Assembly (NCBI GenBank): GCA_963733455.1 | Contig: CAVTDE010000010.1 | Coordinates: forward strand, 9,024 to 73,023 | Direction: 5' to 3' | Source: an uncultured Bacteroidales bacterium | Lineage (GTDB): Bacteria > Bacteroidota > Bacteroidia > Bacteroidales > VadinHA17 | DNA length: 64,000 nt | Translations under genes and position numbers: made by a program | In this document: in pieces, positions 43,620-54,463 of the stretch | Position numbering within the stretch: position 1 is the stretch's first letter | Layout of the letters: the number at the start of each line of letters is the position of its first letter | The notes under the pieces: generated by a model | Databases searched by the model: none | What the model saw: only the letters and a program-made list of their open reading frames with translations | Told to the model about the DNA's origin: nothing

Positions 43620-43880
43620 AGAAGAGATCCCTCATTCGCCTTTTCCCTTCGCGTAAGCCCGCCCTCAGGCTCATTCGGGATGACAGTTTGCCAGGAGGAG
43701 TGGGGGGAAGAAGCGGCGATTCGCACCAGGATGCCCTGCATTGACAAAAATGCTGTTTGCGAATCGCCGCTTCTTCCCAAAACCACCACAATAGCGGTGT
43801 CATCCCGAATCCCGCAGCAGCGGGATGAGGGATCCCTTGATACAGAGATGAATACCGTCAAGATTTCTAAGGTAATTACC
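43620..43880 (+). repeat. Rep-B copy 2 (with outer inverted repeat gatccctcat / atgagggatc)
   Basis: 43678-43880 aligns with 4365-4570. The outer arms lie within 43626-43636 and 43826-43836. Confidence 0.8.
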
Positions 43881-43939
43881 ATTGGCATCCCGAATATGTC
43901 CCGGAAGAGGATATGTGAACAACCAGATCCGTCAATCTG

Positions 43940-45352
43940 TCAGGAAATGTCGGGAGAATAGTTCTCAAGGATATTCTTTACTTTATGCAGGAACCTGCCT
44001 GCCAGGGCACCGTCAATAACTCTGTGGTCGTAGCTGAGCGAGAGTATCATTATATGGCGGATTGCAATAACATCACCTTCAGGTGTTTCAATCACGGCAG
44101 GTACTTTTCGGACGGCTCCGGTGCCCAGAATGGCCACCTGAGGCTGATATATGATCGGAGTGCCAGCCAGGTTATCGTAGCTGCCGAAATTGGTTAGCGA
44201 AAATGTACCGCCCGTTATTTCATCTGGTTTAAGCTTATTGTTCCTTGCCCGTTCAGCAAGATCATTTACCGCCCTTGCGATACCCGTAAGGCTCTTTTCG
44301 TTTGCGTTCCTGATCACGGGCACAATGAGATTTCCGTTGGGGAGGGCTGTTGCCATTCCGATATTTATATTTTTCTTCCTGATTATTGTGGTTCCCTCAA
44401 CTGAGACATTTATCATCGGGAATTCATAGAGTGCACGGGCTGCAGCATCAATAAAGATGGGTGTAAGCGTAAGTTTCTGGCCCTCGGCTGCAAAGAACTT
44501 CTCCTTGACGCTGTTTCTCCACGTCACCAGCCGGGTAACATCCGCATCGATGAAAGAGGTCACATGCGCAGAGGTTCTTTTTGACATCACCATGTGCTCG
44601 GCAATCAGCTTTCGCACCCTGTCCATTTCAATAATCTCATCCCCCGCAGACGTTTTAGTTTTGACTTCTTTTATCTCTTCAGCCCTGACCTCAGGTTTTG
44701 GTTTGGTTTCGGTTGCAGGTTCCTCTTGTTTTATTTCAGCCTTTTCTTCTATATTTTCTTCAGTTGCGGCCTCCTGTTCATTAGTTATATTTTCTTCAGT
44801 TTCAGCTGCCGGTTCTTTAGTTTTTGCAGTACCTTTTTTCTTTTCCTCAATGTAGTGCAGAACGTCGTCTCTCGTTATTCTTCCGTCCATACCTGTCCCG
44901 GTTATTGTATCAAGTTCAGAGTAGGCGATACCTTCCTGCGCAACAATACTTCTAACAAGCGGAGACAAAAACTTGCCACCCGGTGTCCGGCTCTTCATCT
45001 CCTTTGAAGTCCTGTCTTCCTCCTTTTTCTCCTGTTTAATCTCTTCGACAGTTTCCTGGATCCTTGCTACCTCTTTTTCGACTTTTTTTGCCTCCTCGGG
45101 TCCAACTTTAACATCGACTTCGAGTACTGCAAGAGTCCCTCCAACTTTAATAACTGAACCAACCTGCGCTTTTATTTCGACTATTTTGCCGGCTGAAGGA
45201 GCCGGTACTTCAGTGTCAACTTTATCGGTTGCAATTTCAACAAGCGGATCATCCTCCCTGACGGTAGCACCAACTTCGACAAGCCATTTATTGATTGTTG
45301 CTTCAATTACTCCTTCTCCCATTGCGGGAAGAGCTATATTCATTCTTGCCAT
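43940..45352 (-). CDS. 2-oxo acid dehydrogenase E2 component (dihydrolipoamide acyltransferase)
   Basis: N-terminal lipoyl domain (EIATDKVDTEVPAP), E/K/T-rich linkers, E3-binding segment (LSPLVRSIVAQEGI) and catalytic SLSYDHRVIDGA motif. Confidence 0.88.
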   Translation of the reverse strand: MARMNIALPAMGEGVIEATINKWLVEVGATVREDDPLVEIATDKVDTEVPAPSAGKIVEIKAQVGSVIKVGGTLAVLEVDVKVGPEEAKKVEKEVARIQETVEEIKQEKKEEDRTSKEMKSRTPGGKFLSPLVRSIVAQEGIAYSELDTITGTGMDGRITRDDVLHYIEEKKKGTAKTKEPAAETEENITNEQEAATEENIEEKAEIKQEEPATETKPKPEVRAEEIKEVKTKTSAGDEIIEMDRVRKLIAEHMVMSKRTSAHVTSFIDADVTRLVTWRNSVKEKFFAAEGQKLTLTPIFIDAAARALYEFPMINVSVEGTTIIRKKNINIGMATALPNGNLIVPVIRNANEKSLTGIARAVNDLAERARNNKLKPDEITGGTFSLTNFGSYDNLAGTPIIYQPQVAILGTGAVRKVPAVIETPEGDVIAIRHIMILSLSYDHRVIDGALAGRFLHKVKNILENYSPDIS

Positions 45353-45548
45353 TTTCTGAGTTTTTGTTGTTAATCAGGACCCTTACCCTTTTGCCTGTCC
45401 CTCATCCAAAGGGTGAACACAGGTCTCAGGCAAACCTCCCGGTATATAGGCTGTTCCATACTTTTATAACAACCAGAGTTTAAATATGTTTGAAAATTAA
45501 CTGTAAATCTGAAACAGATTGCTGGCGCCTGTAAGTCTTACATTCCCT

Positions 45549-46163
45549 TTACTGATGATAGGGATTCCGGTTGCTAATTGCCCGCCCGAGCGTTATTTCA
45601 TCAGTGTATTCGAGCTCATCGCCGATGGCCACTCCCCTGGCGAGGGTGGTAAGCATTATGTTGTACTTGTTTAACCTTTTGTAGAGGTAGAAATTTGTTG
45701 TGTCGCCTTCCATGGTTGTGCTTAATGCCAGGATAATTTCATTGATGTTCCCTGCTTTAACCTTTTCTTCAAGGCTGTCAATCTTAAGGTCGGCAGGACC
45801 CACTCCGTCAACCGGTGAAATGATACCTCCGAGAACGTGGTAAACACCCCTGTATTGCCGGGTGTTCTCAATTGCCATCACATCCTGAATGCTCTCAACT
45901 ACGCAAATCACCGACTTTTCCCTTTTATTGTCGCTGCAGATTGCACATACCTCAGAGTCGGCAATATTATGGCAGATCTTGCAGTAGTGGATCTCTTTAT
46001 GAAGCCTTATTATGCTTTCTCCGAACCGTTGTACGTCGTCACTATTTCTCTTCAGCAGGCTCATAACGAGTCTGAAAGCAGTTTTTCTGCCGATGCCTGG
46101 TAATGATGCAAACTCATTTACTGCATTTTCGAGCAACTTTGACGGATATTCGGAGTAACTCAT
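45549..46163 (-). CDS. recR: recombination protein RecR
   Basis: [12 protein letters not shown] helix-hairpin-helix, C4 zinc finger [18 protein letters not shown], and Toprim region. ATG at 46163 preferred. Confidence 0.92.
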   Translation of the reverse strand: MSYSEYPSKLLENAVNEFASLPGIGRKTAFRLVMSLLKRNSDDVQRFGESIIRLHKEIHYCKICHNIADSEVCAICSDNKREKSVICVVESIQDVMAIENTRQYRGVYHVLGGIISPVDGVGPADLKIDSLEEKVKAGNINEIILALSTTMEGDTTNFYLYKRLNKYNIMLTTLARGVAIGDELEYTDEITLGRAISNRNPYHQ

Positions 46164-46273
46164 TCTGTAGATTTCAGGCAAAATTAATTCATTATTGGAG
46201 TTAAAACTTAACCGGCGGTTAATTTTTTAGCCTGCCAACTTTTTCTTATCCTTGCAGATTATTTTTCCATAAT

Positions 46274-47728
46274 ATGACCCCAACGCTGATCCTGAGCATA
46301 TTCCTTGTATATACAGCAGTTCTGTTTACAGTTACCTGGATTACCTCCCGCAAAGCCGATAACCAGTCATTTTACATAGGGAACAGAGCTTCACCATGGT
46401 TTGTTGTGGCTTACGGTATGATAGGCGCATCACTCTCAGGTGTAACCTTCATGTCGGTCCCGGGGTGGGTGAAGGATACCCAGTTCAGTTATATGGTGGT
46501 CGTACTTGGCTATCTGGTAGGGTACCTGGTTATTGCACTGGTGTTGCTGCCGTTATATTACAAGCTGAAACTCACCTCGATATACAGCTATCTCGACCAG
46601 CGTTTTGGATTCTGGTCCTACAAGACAGGTGCAGGTTTTTTTATCCTTTCGAGGGTTCTCGGAGCCTCATTGCGTATGTTCCTTGTTATCAACGTACTCC
46701 AGGTTTTTGTCTTTGATGCCTGGAACGTTCCGTTCTGGGTCAATGTAATGATCTTTATTTTCCTTATAATTCTTTACACACTTAAGGGTGGGATAAAGAC
46801 GATAATATGGACAGACACACTTCAGACCACCTTTATGCTTTTAGCGTTGGTGCTTTCCGTAGTCTTTATAAGCAGGGAGCTCGACGTTCCGCTGTTTAAA
46901 CTGGCCAGACAAGTGACCGACAGTCCAATTTCGAGGATATTCATAACCGACTGGCATCATGAAAGGTTCTTTCTTAAACAATTTTTCAGCGGTATGTTCA
47001 TTACAATTGTGATGACCGGGCTCGACCAGGAGATGATGCAAAAGAACCTGAGTTGCAGGAACTTAAGAGATGCCCAGAAGAATATGTTCACTTTTAGCGG
47101 CATCAACTTCTTCGTGGTTTTTCTCTTTCTTTTCCTCGGTGCCTTCCTGCTAATCTTTGCTGAAACCAAAGGAGTTACAGTAGCTCTCACGGATGACCTC
47201 TTTCCCACAGTTGCATTGAATTATCTCGGGCCTGTTGCCGGTGTGGTTTTCCTGATAGGGCTTATCTCGGCAGCATTCCCCAGCGCCGACGGAGCTCTTA
47301 CCTCACTGACCACTTCTGTCACCCTTGATTTTCTGGGACTCGAAAGGCGAAAAAGCCTTACTGAGGCCGGAAGGAGGAAGATCCGCTATGTGGTGCATAT
47401 TACAATCGCAATTGTTTTCTTTGTGTGCATATTGATCTTCAGGGCCTTGAACGACAAGGCGGTTATTGATAAGTTATTTACAATAGCCGGATACACCTAT
47501 GGTCCTTTGCTGGGGTTATATTCTTTCGGGCTCTTTACCAGGAGGCAGGTGAAGGACAAAATGACTCCTGTGATTGCGATACTTTCGCCTGTTGTGTGTT
47601 TCATTATCGGGACGAATTCGCAGGCTTGGTTTAACGGTTACAAGTTCGGGTTTGAGATGCTGCTTGTAAATGGTTTTCTGACATTCATGGGATTATTGGC
47701 TTTCAGCTCCGGAAGAAAGGCTGAATAG
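46274..47728 (+). CDS. sodium:solute symporter (SSF) family transporter
   Basis: 484 aa, about 13 TM. N-terminal FYIGNRASPWFVVAYGMIGASLSGVTFMSVPG is typical of SSF. Confidence 0.8.
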   Translation: MTPTLILSIFLVYTAVLFTVTWITSRKADNQSFYIGNRASPWFVVAYGMIGASLSGVTFMSVPGWVKDTQFSYMVVVLGYLVGYLVIALVLLPLYYKLKLTSIYSYLDQRFGFWSYKTGAGFFILSRVLGASLRMFLVINVLQVFVFDAWNVPFWVNVMIFIFLIILYTLKGGIKTIIWTDTLQTTFMLLALVLSVVFISRELDVPLFKLARQVTDSPISRIFITDWHHERFFLKQFFSGMFITIVMTGLDQEMMQKNLSCRNLRDAQKNMFTFSGINFFVVFLFLFLGAFLLIFAETKGVTVALTDDLFPTVALNYLGPVAGVVFLIGLISAAFPSADGALTSLTTSVTLDFLGLERRKSLTEAGRRKIRYVVHITIAIVFFVCILIFRALNDKAVIDKLFTIAGYTYGPLLGLYSFGLFTRRQVKDKMTPVIAILSPVVCFIIGTNSQAWFNGYKFGFEMLLVNGFLTFMGLLAFSSGRKAE

Positions 47729-47877
47729 CAATTCAACCACCCCAGGGGGGCACGAAGAAATCGAAGTCCCCAAAGGGATGGGGTTAAACAGGGGCTAGAT
47801 GGATCCGGGTTGACCCCACAAATAGGGGGCTAAAAACTGCCTGATAAATCAACCCCCCAACCCCCCAAATGGGGGGC

Positions 47878-48612
47878 TTAAAATGTTTGCTGGGCGCCGG
47901 TTTTAGTTTCAGGTTCTTCAGGTTCTTCGGGGGGTTCCGGTTTAATTATCAATCTTTTCGTTTTGAAACGGAAATTCCAGATCAGATAATAATTAAATCC
48001 GGCATTAGTCCTCTTTCCTCCAGTCCCAAAACCCGGGAAATAAATCGGAGGCAGATCTTTCCCTCCTCCTCCTGAGATAAGCAACCTTAATCTTATTGTC
48101 CATCCGATGCTGACATTCCGGAATAGCTCTGCCCTTACCTGAGGAGTCAATTCCAGAAAGTGACCAATACTCATTTTTTTATTAATGGAAGAAGTAACAT
48201 CACCCCAGTAATTGGTGTGGTCGAAAAACGGGGTCTCAGAGCTGAAAAAGCTCAGACCGTAACGCAATCCTACCCCGGCCTGATATTTACCTTTTGAGAT
48301 TCCGGGTTTAAGAAGATTGAAATCGACGCCAGCACGCATGAATATACCATTACTACGGTAATCATAGTTATACTGCGAATATTTATAGTTCAGATAACCT
48401 CCCTCAGCAATGAAGGCCATTTTCTCACTTTTGTCGAAAGAGATAAAGCCTTCAAGACTCATGTTATTCTTATCTGTAAAGTGGATGACAGGTCCGGAAA
48501 CATCAAAACCAGCCCTTATCTTAAGAGGGAACATTATCGTGTCCTGTGCCCTGACAGCGAAGTTTGAAATAAGTAGCAGGAGACTAATAAAATATGCGTA
48601 TGTTCTCCTCAT
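47878..48612 (-). CDS. hypothetical outer-membrane beta-barrel-like protein
   Basis: Signal peptide ...NFAVRAQD, alternating beta-strand pattern, C-terminal PE-rich tail. No family recognised. Confidence 0.4.
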   Translation of the reverse strand: MRRTYAYFISLLLLISNFAVRAQDTIMFPLKIRAGFDVSGPVIHFTDKNNMSLEGFISFDKSEKMAFIAEGGYLNYKYSQYNYDYRSNGIFMRAGVDFNLLKPGISKGKYQAGVGLRYGLSFFSSETPFFDHTNYWGDVTSSINKKMSIGHFLELTPQVRAELFRNVSIGWTIRLRLLISGGGGKDLPPIYFPGFGTGGKRTNAGFNYYLIWNFRFKTKRLIIKPEPPEEPEEPETKTGAQQTF

Positions 48613-49060
48613 TTGAAGTTGTTATATTTTTTGAACCTGTATAAATGTAATCAATCATATTTCTGGTATAATCTATGCTGTCGATATTTTCAATGTTGTG
48701 ATAAAAGGTGTACCCGCATTCTTTGGAGACAAGATGAGGATAACTGCTGTAACGAAATGTGATCGTGTCGTTTACTCCGTTTATTCTTACAATAAAGGTG
48801 CAGTTTTCTGTTGAATCATTAAGCGGGAAAAGTGCCGGCTGAATGCCTCTTTCCTTATTGTATAATCTGAGAGTATCCTTACCCAATCCGTAAACTGTAA
48901 GGCTGTCAGGCGCCTTTGGGTTCTTTTTAATATTATCGTAAAACGATGCTTTAACAAAGGCATTTGTCTCTTCAAAACAGGCCTGAGGCGAGCAGGCCTG
49001 AGTCATAAACAAATACCCCATGGTCGCCAGAGAAAGTATTGCAGTAAGGAATTTACTCAT
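48584..49060 (-). CDS. hypothetical lipoprotein
   Basis: ATG at 49060 gives MSKFLTAILSLATMGYLFMTQAC (lipobox). The track start at 49144 would overlap the alaS 3' end. The stop overlaps the start of 47878..48612. Confidence 0.45.
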   Translation of the reverse strand: MSKFLTAILSLATMGYLFMTQACSPQACFEETNAFVKASFYDNIKKNPKAPDSLTVYGLGKDTLRLYNKERGIQPALFPLNDSTENCTFIVRINGVNDTITFRYSSYPHLVSKECGYTFYHNIENIDSIDYTRNMIDYIYTGSKNITTSNEENIRIFY

Positions 49061-49085
49061 TCTGTATTGAAAGTTCAATAAGTTC

Positions 49086-51740
49086 TTAAAGTGATTGATC
49101 AAGTTTCTTAATATACTCTTCTGCTTTTTTGAGCGCTGTCGCAATTCCCGCAGGATTCTTTCCTCCTGCAGTTGCCAGAAACGGCTGGCCGCCGCCGCCG
49201 CCGCTTATCTCACCTGCTATTTCTTTTATGATTGCAGCGGCGCTGATGTTTTTCTCTTTTACAAGATTGTCGCTTACCATAACCAGGACATTTGCCTTTC
49301 CGCTTATTGCAGAGCCGATGACAAGCACGAAATTATCAAGCGAACTGCGTATCTGATACGCGATTGTCTTCATGGCATCAGCTGATCCGGCTTCAACGGA
49401 TCCGGAGAGGAATTCTATGTGATTTATCAGTACTGCCTTTTCTTTAAGTTCCTTCACGACGGCTGCTGCCGATAGCGACTCGTATTTTTCAATTTCCTTC
49501 CTGAGGAGTGAATTTTCGGCAAGAAGTTTTTCAACGCTCTCTTTTATGTTGCCGGTACTTTTAAGCGTTAAAGCGATCTCTTCAACAGAATCGATCTTTC
49601 CGCTGATATATTCTTCTGCCTTTTCAGCGGTAACAGCTTCCAGTCTTCTGACACCTGCAGCGATTGCTCCTTCAGCTATTATTTTGATAATACCAATACT
49701 TCCTGTATTATGTACATGAGTTCCTCCGCACAGTTCTATGGATTTTCCAAACCTGACCACGCGTACCGTCTCCCCGTATTTTTCACCAAAAAGTGCCATG
49801 GCTCCCATGGCCTGTGCTTCATTTAATGTAACTCCTTCGGTGATATTAATATTATTGCTTTCCCTTACCATGCTGTTTGCAAGGGTTTCCACTTTTCGCA
49901 GTTCTTCCTTTGTCAGCTTTGTGAAATGGCTGAAATCGAACCTGAGGCGGTCGGGGGTCACAAGGGATCCTTTCTGTTCCACATGTTTTCCGAGAACCGA
50001 CCTTAACGCATAATGGAGGAGGTGAGTGGCAGTATGATTATTAGCCGTCATCCGGCGTTTCTTACTGTCAACTTCAGCATGGAACAAGGCAAGGGGGTCA
50101 GATAATTTGCCATGACTTAAATGGATTATCAGGTTGTTTTCTTTAACTGTGTCGGTTATCACAAGTTTTTCTTTTCCGGAAGTTATGAAACCCGTATCAC
50201 CCACTTGTCCGCCCGACTCAGCGTAGAAAGGGGTCTTATTAAATACAAGCTGCAGGATTTCCTTTCCCTTGTTTTTTATTTTGCGGTACTTTGTGATAAG
50301 CACGTCATCTTCAGTCCTGTCGTAACCGGTAAATTCAGTTCCTTCAATCTCACTGAGGATCGTCCAGTCCCCGGCCTCTACCGTGGCGTCTTCCCTCGAT
50401 CGTTCCTTCTGGTTTTTCATTTCCTTTTCAAATCCGGCAATGTCAACAACTATGTCGTGTTCTTTAAGTATCAGCTGTGTAAGATCGACAGGGAAGCCAA
50501 AAGTATCATAGAGTTCAAAAGCTACCCTGCCGGGTAATATATTCCTTTTTTCTTTACGGAGATCCCCGATCATCCGGTCAATCATTTTTAATCCTTTCTC
50601 AAGGGTCTTAAGGAAAGCGGTTTCCTCCTCAAAAATTATTTTTGAGATCTGATCCTCACCGGCTTTCAGTTCGGGATAAGGTGTACCCATTGTCTCAATG
50701 AGCACAGGAACCAGCCTGTAGATGAAAGGCTCCGTAATCTCCAGGTAGTTATAGCCATATCGTACAGCCCGGCGGAGTATCCTTCTTATAACATAGCCTG
50801 CTTTATTGTTTGATGGCAGCTGTCCGTCGGCAATTGAAAAAGCGACGGCTCTCAGGTGGTCGGCAACAACGCGCAATGCAATATCGGTATTCTCATTTTC
50901 TCCGTAACTCTTACCCGTCAAAGCGGAGATTGTTTTAATAATTGACTGAAAGATGTCAGTATCGTAGTTCGATTTTTTACCCTGCACCACCATGCAGAGC
51001 CTTTCAAATCCCATCCCGGTATCCACATGTTTTGAAGGAAGCGGTTCAAGCTGGCCGTCCGACCTGCGATTGTACTGAATAAAGACGAGGTTCCAGATCT
51101 CAATGACCTGAGGATGTCCCCTGTTTACAAGGTCCCTGCCGGGAATAAGCCGGCGTTCTTCTTCATCCCTTATATCAATATGGATTTCGGAGCAGGGGCC
51201 GCAGGGTCCGGTTTCGCCCATTTCCCAGAAATTATCTTTTTTTGAACCTTCAAGAATTTTCCCCTCAGGATTTGAAAAACATTTTTCCCAGCAATTAAAA
51301 GCTTCGTCGTCACGCGGAACATTTTCTTCCCTGCTTCCCCGGAAGATAGTTGTGTAAAGCCTTTCCTCGGGTATTCCAAGCTTTTCGACAAGGAACTCCC
51401 ATGCCCATGATATTGCTTCCTTTTTAAAATAATCACCGAACGACCAGTTTCCAAGCATCTCGAACATAGTGTGATGATAGGTATCGTGACCAACTTCTTC
51501 AAGGTCGTTATGTTTCCCCGACACCCTGAGGCATTTTTGCGAATTTGCCACCCTCCGGTTTACAGGCTGCTGATTCCCGAGAAAAATATCCTTGAACTGG
51601 TTCATGCCTGCATTTGTAAACATCAGCGTTGGATCATTTTTAATGACCATGGGAGCTGAAGGCACAATTTCATGCTCTTTTGACCTGAAAAAATCGAAGA
51701 ACAACTGCCTTATCTCGTAGTCTTTTAGTGGAATTAGCAT
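49086..51740 (-). CDS. alaS: alanine--tRNA ligase
   Basis: Full-length AlaRS. Class II core (FTNAGMNQFK), editing-domain HxxxH (HTATHLLH) with CGGTH, and a C-terminal DHHA1-like GGGGGQ. ATG at 51740 (MLIPLKDYEIRQLFFDFF). Confidence 0.95.
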   Translation of the reverse strand: MLIPLKDYEIRQLFFDFFRSKEHEIVPSAPMVIKNDPTLMFTNAGMNQFKDIFLGNQQPVNRRVANSQKCLRVSGKHNDLEEVGHDTYHHTMFEMLGNWSFGDYFKKEAISWAWEFLVEKLGIPEERLYTTIFRGSREENVPRDDEAFNCWEKCFSNPEGKILEGSKKDNFWEMGETGPCGPCSEIHIDIRDEEERRLIPGRDLVNRGHPQVIEIWNLVFIQYNRRSDGQLEPLPSKHVDTGMGFERLCMVVQGKKSNYDTDIFQSIIKTISALTGKSYGENENTDIALRVVADHLRAVAFSIADGQLPSNNKAGYVIRRILRRAVRYGYNYLEITEPFIYRLVPVLIETMGTPYPELKAGEDQISKIIFEEETAFLKTLEKGLKMIDRMIGDLRKEKRNILPGRVAFELYDTFGFPVDLTQLILKEHDIVVDIAGFEKEMKNQKERSREDATVEAGDWTILSEIEGTEFTGYDRTEDDVLITKYRKIKNKGKEILQLVFNKTPFYAESGGQVGDTGFITSGKEKLVITDTVKENNLIIHLSHGKLSDPLALFHAEVDSKKRRMTANNHTATHLLHYALRSVLGKHVEQKGSLVTPDRLRFDFSHFTKLTKEELRKVETLANSMVRESNNINITEGVTLNEAQAMGAMALFGEKYGETVRVVRFGKSIELCGGTHVHNTGSIGIIKIIAEGAIAAGVRRLEAVTAEKAEEYISGKIDSVEEIALTLKSTGNIKESVEKLLAENSLLRKEIEKYESLSAAAVVKELKEKAVLINHIEFLSGSVEAGSADAMKTIAYQIRSSLDNFVLVIGSAISGKANVLVMVSDNLVKEKNISAAAIIKEIAGEISGGGGGQPFLATAGGKNPAGIATALKKAEEYIKKLDQSL

Positions 51741-51841
51741 ATTAAAACACAATAACTGGATAAAATTTGAGTTTGTAAAATTAATTTAATTGTTTTAGAT
51801 TTGTTGAAGACTCTAAAAATTTCCAAAAACCTGAACTGCTG

Positions 51842-52804
51842 ATGCCTCATCATAAGTATTTCCTTGATCTGTCCGATTTGCAATTCAAAAAGATCAGACT
51901 TCCCTGGAAAAGCAAGCTCATACGTTTTTCATTATGGTTCCTTGTTTCAATAGTTGTCTCTCTGTTTTATGGTTTTGTCTTTGATAACTATTTTGGTTCT
52001 CCCGAAGAACAGGTGCTGACCCAGGAGCTTGATAACCTCAAGCTTAAATACTCTCTTATCAGCAGGGAAATTGAACATTCTGAAAAGGTTATGGAAAACC
52101 TCAGGCAGTCAGATGAAAACACCTACCGTCCGGTGCTTGATATGGAACCAGTGCCTGAGTCGTACTGGAATATGGGTACAGGTGGTGTAATCAAATTTGA
52201 AGAGCTTGAAGGTTATACTAATTCCGATCTGATGATCTCATTCAGGAAGAAAGTCGAAGTTCTGAAGAACTGGACGACGCTTCAGTACGAATCATTTAAA
52301 GTTGTTGAGGAGAGAAAGGATGAATGGAAGCGCGAGATGGAATACCTTCCGATGATAAGCCCTGTAAATGTTAAATTCCGCCTTGGCGACGGTATGAAAT
52401 TCAGGGAAAAACATCCCGTTCTGGGAACGCCTCAGTGGCACCACGGGCAGGATATCAGCACTCCTTATGGTACCGAAGTTTACGCCACAGGCTCAGGTAA
52501 AGTAATAGAGGCAGGATGGAGCGGAGGTTTCGGGAACTGTATAGTGATTGACCACGGATATGGCTACCGTTCAACCTATGGACATCTCAGCAATATAAAG
52601 GTAACGAAGGGTTTGAATGTTAAACGCGGCGATAAGATCGGGCTGACAGGCAGCACAGGAACATCCTCAGGACCTCATCTGCATTACCAGATCGACCTTT
52701 TCGGGCAATACAAAAATCCACTTTATTTCTTTAGCAATGACCTGACCGAGGATGAGTATTTTGAGATGATCCAGACTCTGTCGGCACAAACCAAGCTCAG
52801 GTAA
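51842..52804 (+). CDS. M23 family metallopeptidase with N-terminal membrane anchor and coiled coil
   Basis: HHGQDIS...GHLS...GSTGTSSGPHLHYQI (HxxxD ... HxH). Confidence 0.85.
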   Translation: MPHHKYFLDLSDLQFKKIRLPWKSKLIRFSLWFLVSIVVSLFYGFVFDNYFGSPEEQVLTQELDNLKLKYSLISREIEHSEKVMENLRQSDENTYRPVLDMEPVPESYWNMGTGGVIKFEELEGYTNSDLMISFRKKVEVLKNWTTLQYESFKVVEERKDEWKREMEYLPMISPVNVKFRLGDGMKFREKHPVLGTPQWHHGQDISTPYGTEVYATGSGKVIEAGWSGGFGNCIVIDHGYGYRSTYGHLSNIKVTKGLNVKRGDKIGLTGSTGTSSGPHLHYQIDLFGQYKNPLYFFSNDLTEDEYFEMIQTLSAQTKLR

Positions 52805-52888
52805 CCCTGATAAGGTTAAGCAAAAGTTACTATTCCCGGATTTTAGTATTTTTCATTTATGCAATGAATTATTTATATTTGTGGCATA

Positions 52889-53860
52889 ATGGCACATACC
52901 AAATACAAGTTTAACCCTGAATCACTAAGCTTTGACAGAATTCGTCTTGGGGTAAAATCGGTTCTTCTCCGGTTGCTGGCGTTTCTAATTGGTTCAATGA
53001 TAATTGCAGTCATTTATGGCTTTATCTTCGCCATGTTCATCGATTCACCAAAAGAAAAAGCGCTCAAGCGCGAGATTGCGCAGATGACCCTCCAATATGA
53101 AATTATTCACAGGGAGATGGGTAATCTTGAAAAGGTAATAGAACATCTTCAGGAGACTGATGATAATCTCTACAGGACAATTTTCGGAGCTGAGCCTATT
53201 CCTGCTACCTTACGTCAGGGCGGGGTCGGAGGAGTCAACAGGTATAATGAGCTTGAAGGTTTCAATAATTCGAGGCTTGTCATTGAAACTGCCAAAAGGC
53301 TTGATGTCATCAGGAAAAGGGTTTATATCCAGTCCAAATCGTTCGACGATCTTATCAGACTGGCAAGTGAAAAGGAAGATATGCTCAGATCAATCCCCGC
53401 AATAATTCCGATCTCAACAAAAGATCTCACACGGATAGCTTCAGGATTCGGCTTGAGAATACATCCCGTTTACAAAATAACCAAATTTCATGCAGGGATG
53501 GATTTCACCGCGCCACTGGGAACAGAAGTATACGCATCGGGCGACGGGACAATATCAGGTGTTTTTTCGAACAGAAGGGGGATGGGGAACTATATCGTGA
53601 TAAATCATGGTTACGGATACTCATCTACATATGCACATCTCGACAGTTTCGCGGTTAAATCGGGACAAAAAGTACGGAGAGGGGATGTAATAGGATTTGT
53701 GGGAAATACCGGCCTTTCAGTAGCTCCCCATTTGCATTATGAGATCATGCTGAACAATGCGACCGTTGATCCCGTAAATTACTTTTTCAACGATCTCACA
53801 GCAGCAGAATATGAGAGCATGATCGAGATAGCAGCAAAAACCGGCCAGTCGTTCGATTAA
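52889..53860 (+). CDS. M23 family metallopeptidase (paralogue)
   Basis: FHAGMDFT...AHLD...GNTGLSVAPHLHYEI. Same architecture as 51842..52804. Confidence 0.85.
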   Translation: MAHTKYKFNPESLSFDRIRLGVKSVLLRLLAFLIGSMIIAVIYGFIFAMFIDSPKEKALKREIAQMTLQYEIIHREMGNLEKVIEHLQETDDNLYRTIFGAEPIPATLRQGGVGGVNRYNELEGFNNSRLVIETAKRLDVIRKRVYIQSKSFDDLIRLASEKEDMLRSIPAIIPISTKDLTRIASGFGLRIHPVYKITKFHAGMDFTAPLGTEVYASGDGTISGVFSNRRGMGNYIVINHGYGYSSTYAHLDSFAVKSGQKVRRGDVIGFVGNTGLSVAPHLHYEIMLNNATVDPVNYFFNDLTAAEYESMIEIAAKTGQSFD

Positions 53861-53910
53861 TTAATTCATTAAACTACTGCCGCTGTTGACAATCCCTTAC
53901 AAAACGTTAT

Positions 53911-54246
53911 ATGCCATATAAGGAAAAAAAGATCGAAAAGCTTTATTATTCAATAGGTGAGGTATCAAGGATGCTCGATGTACCTGTTTCAACTGTCAGG
54001 TTCTGGGAAAACGAATTTGACATCCTGAAGCCGATGAAGAATAAGAAGGGCAACAGGATGTTTACCGCACTTGATATCAAAAACCTGATGATAATACATC
54101 GTCTTCTAAAAGAAGAGGGAATGACACTCTCGGGTGTGAAGCGTAAACTCAACGGAAATTTTGAGGAGGCCGACAAGGTTTATGGGATCAATGAGTCGCT
54201 TCAAAGAATAAAGAGTATTCTACTCGATCTGCGGGACAACATTTAA
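53911..54246 (+). CDS. MerR family transcriptional regulator (short)
   Basis: YSIGEVSRMLDVPVSTVRFWENEFDILKP HTH signature. Confidence 0.8.
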   Translation: MPYKEKKIEKLYYSIGEVSRMLDVPVSTVRFWENEFDILKPMKNKKGNRMFTALDIKNLMIIHRLLKEEGMTLSGVKRKLNGNFEEADKVYGINESLQRIKSILLDLRDNI

Positions 54247-54463
54247 TACTCCTCTGTGTTATTTTAGTATCAAAAGTACCTCAATTGTTTTTTGCCCCTA
54301 TCCCGATAGCTATCGGGACCCCTAAAGGGGATCTATTGATTAACAAAAACTTATAGAACCCCCTTTAGGGGGCAGGGGGTAAAAAAACGAGAATAATAAA
54401 AATCCGTACTTTTGATACAACCTCTTGGAAGTGAAACCTTACAGAGGGAAATCTACTCCGGTT

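Noticed and set aside
44190-45483. Plus-strand ORFs 44190..44429, 44457..44855, 44594..45007, 44973..45359 and 45295..45483
   Set aside because: They are antisense to, or at the edge of, the well-supported E2 acyltransferase gene. Their Ser/Phe/Leu-rich composition is the mirror of its E/K/T linkers.
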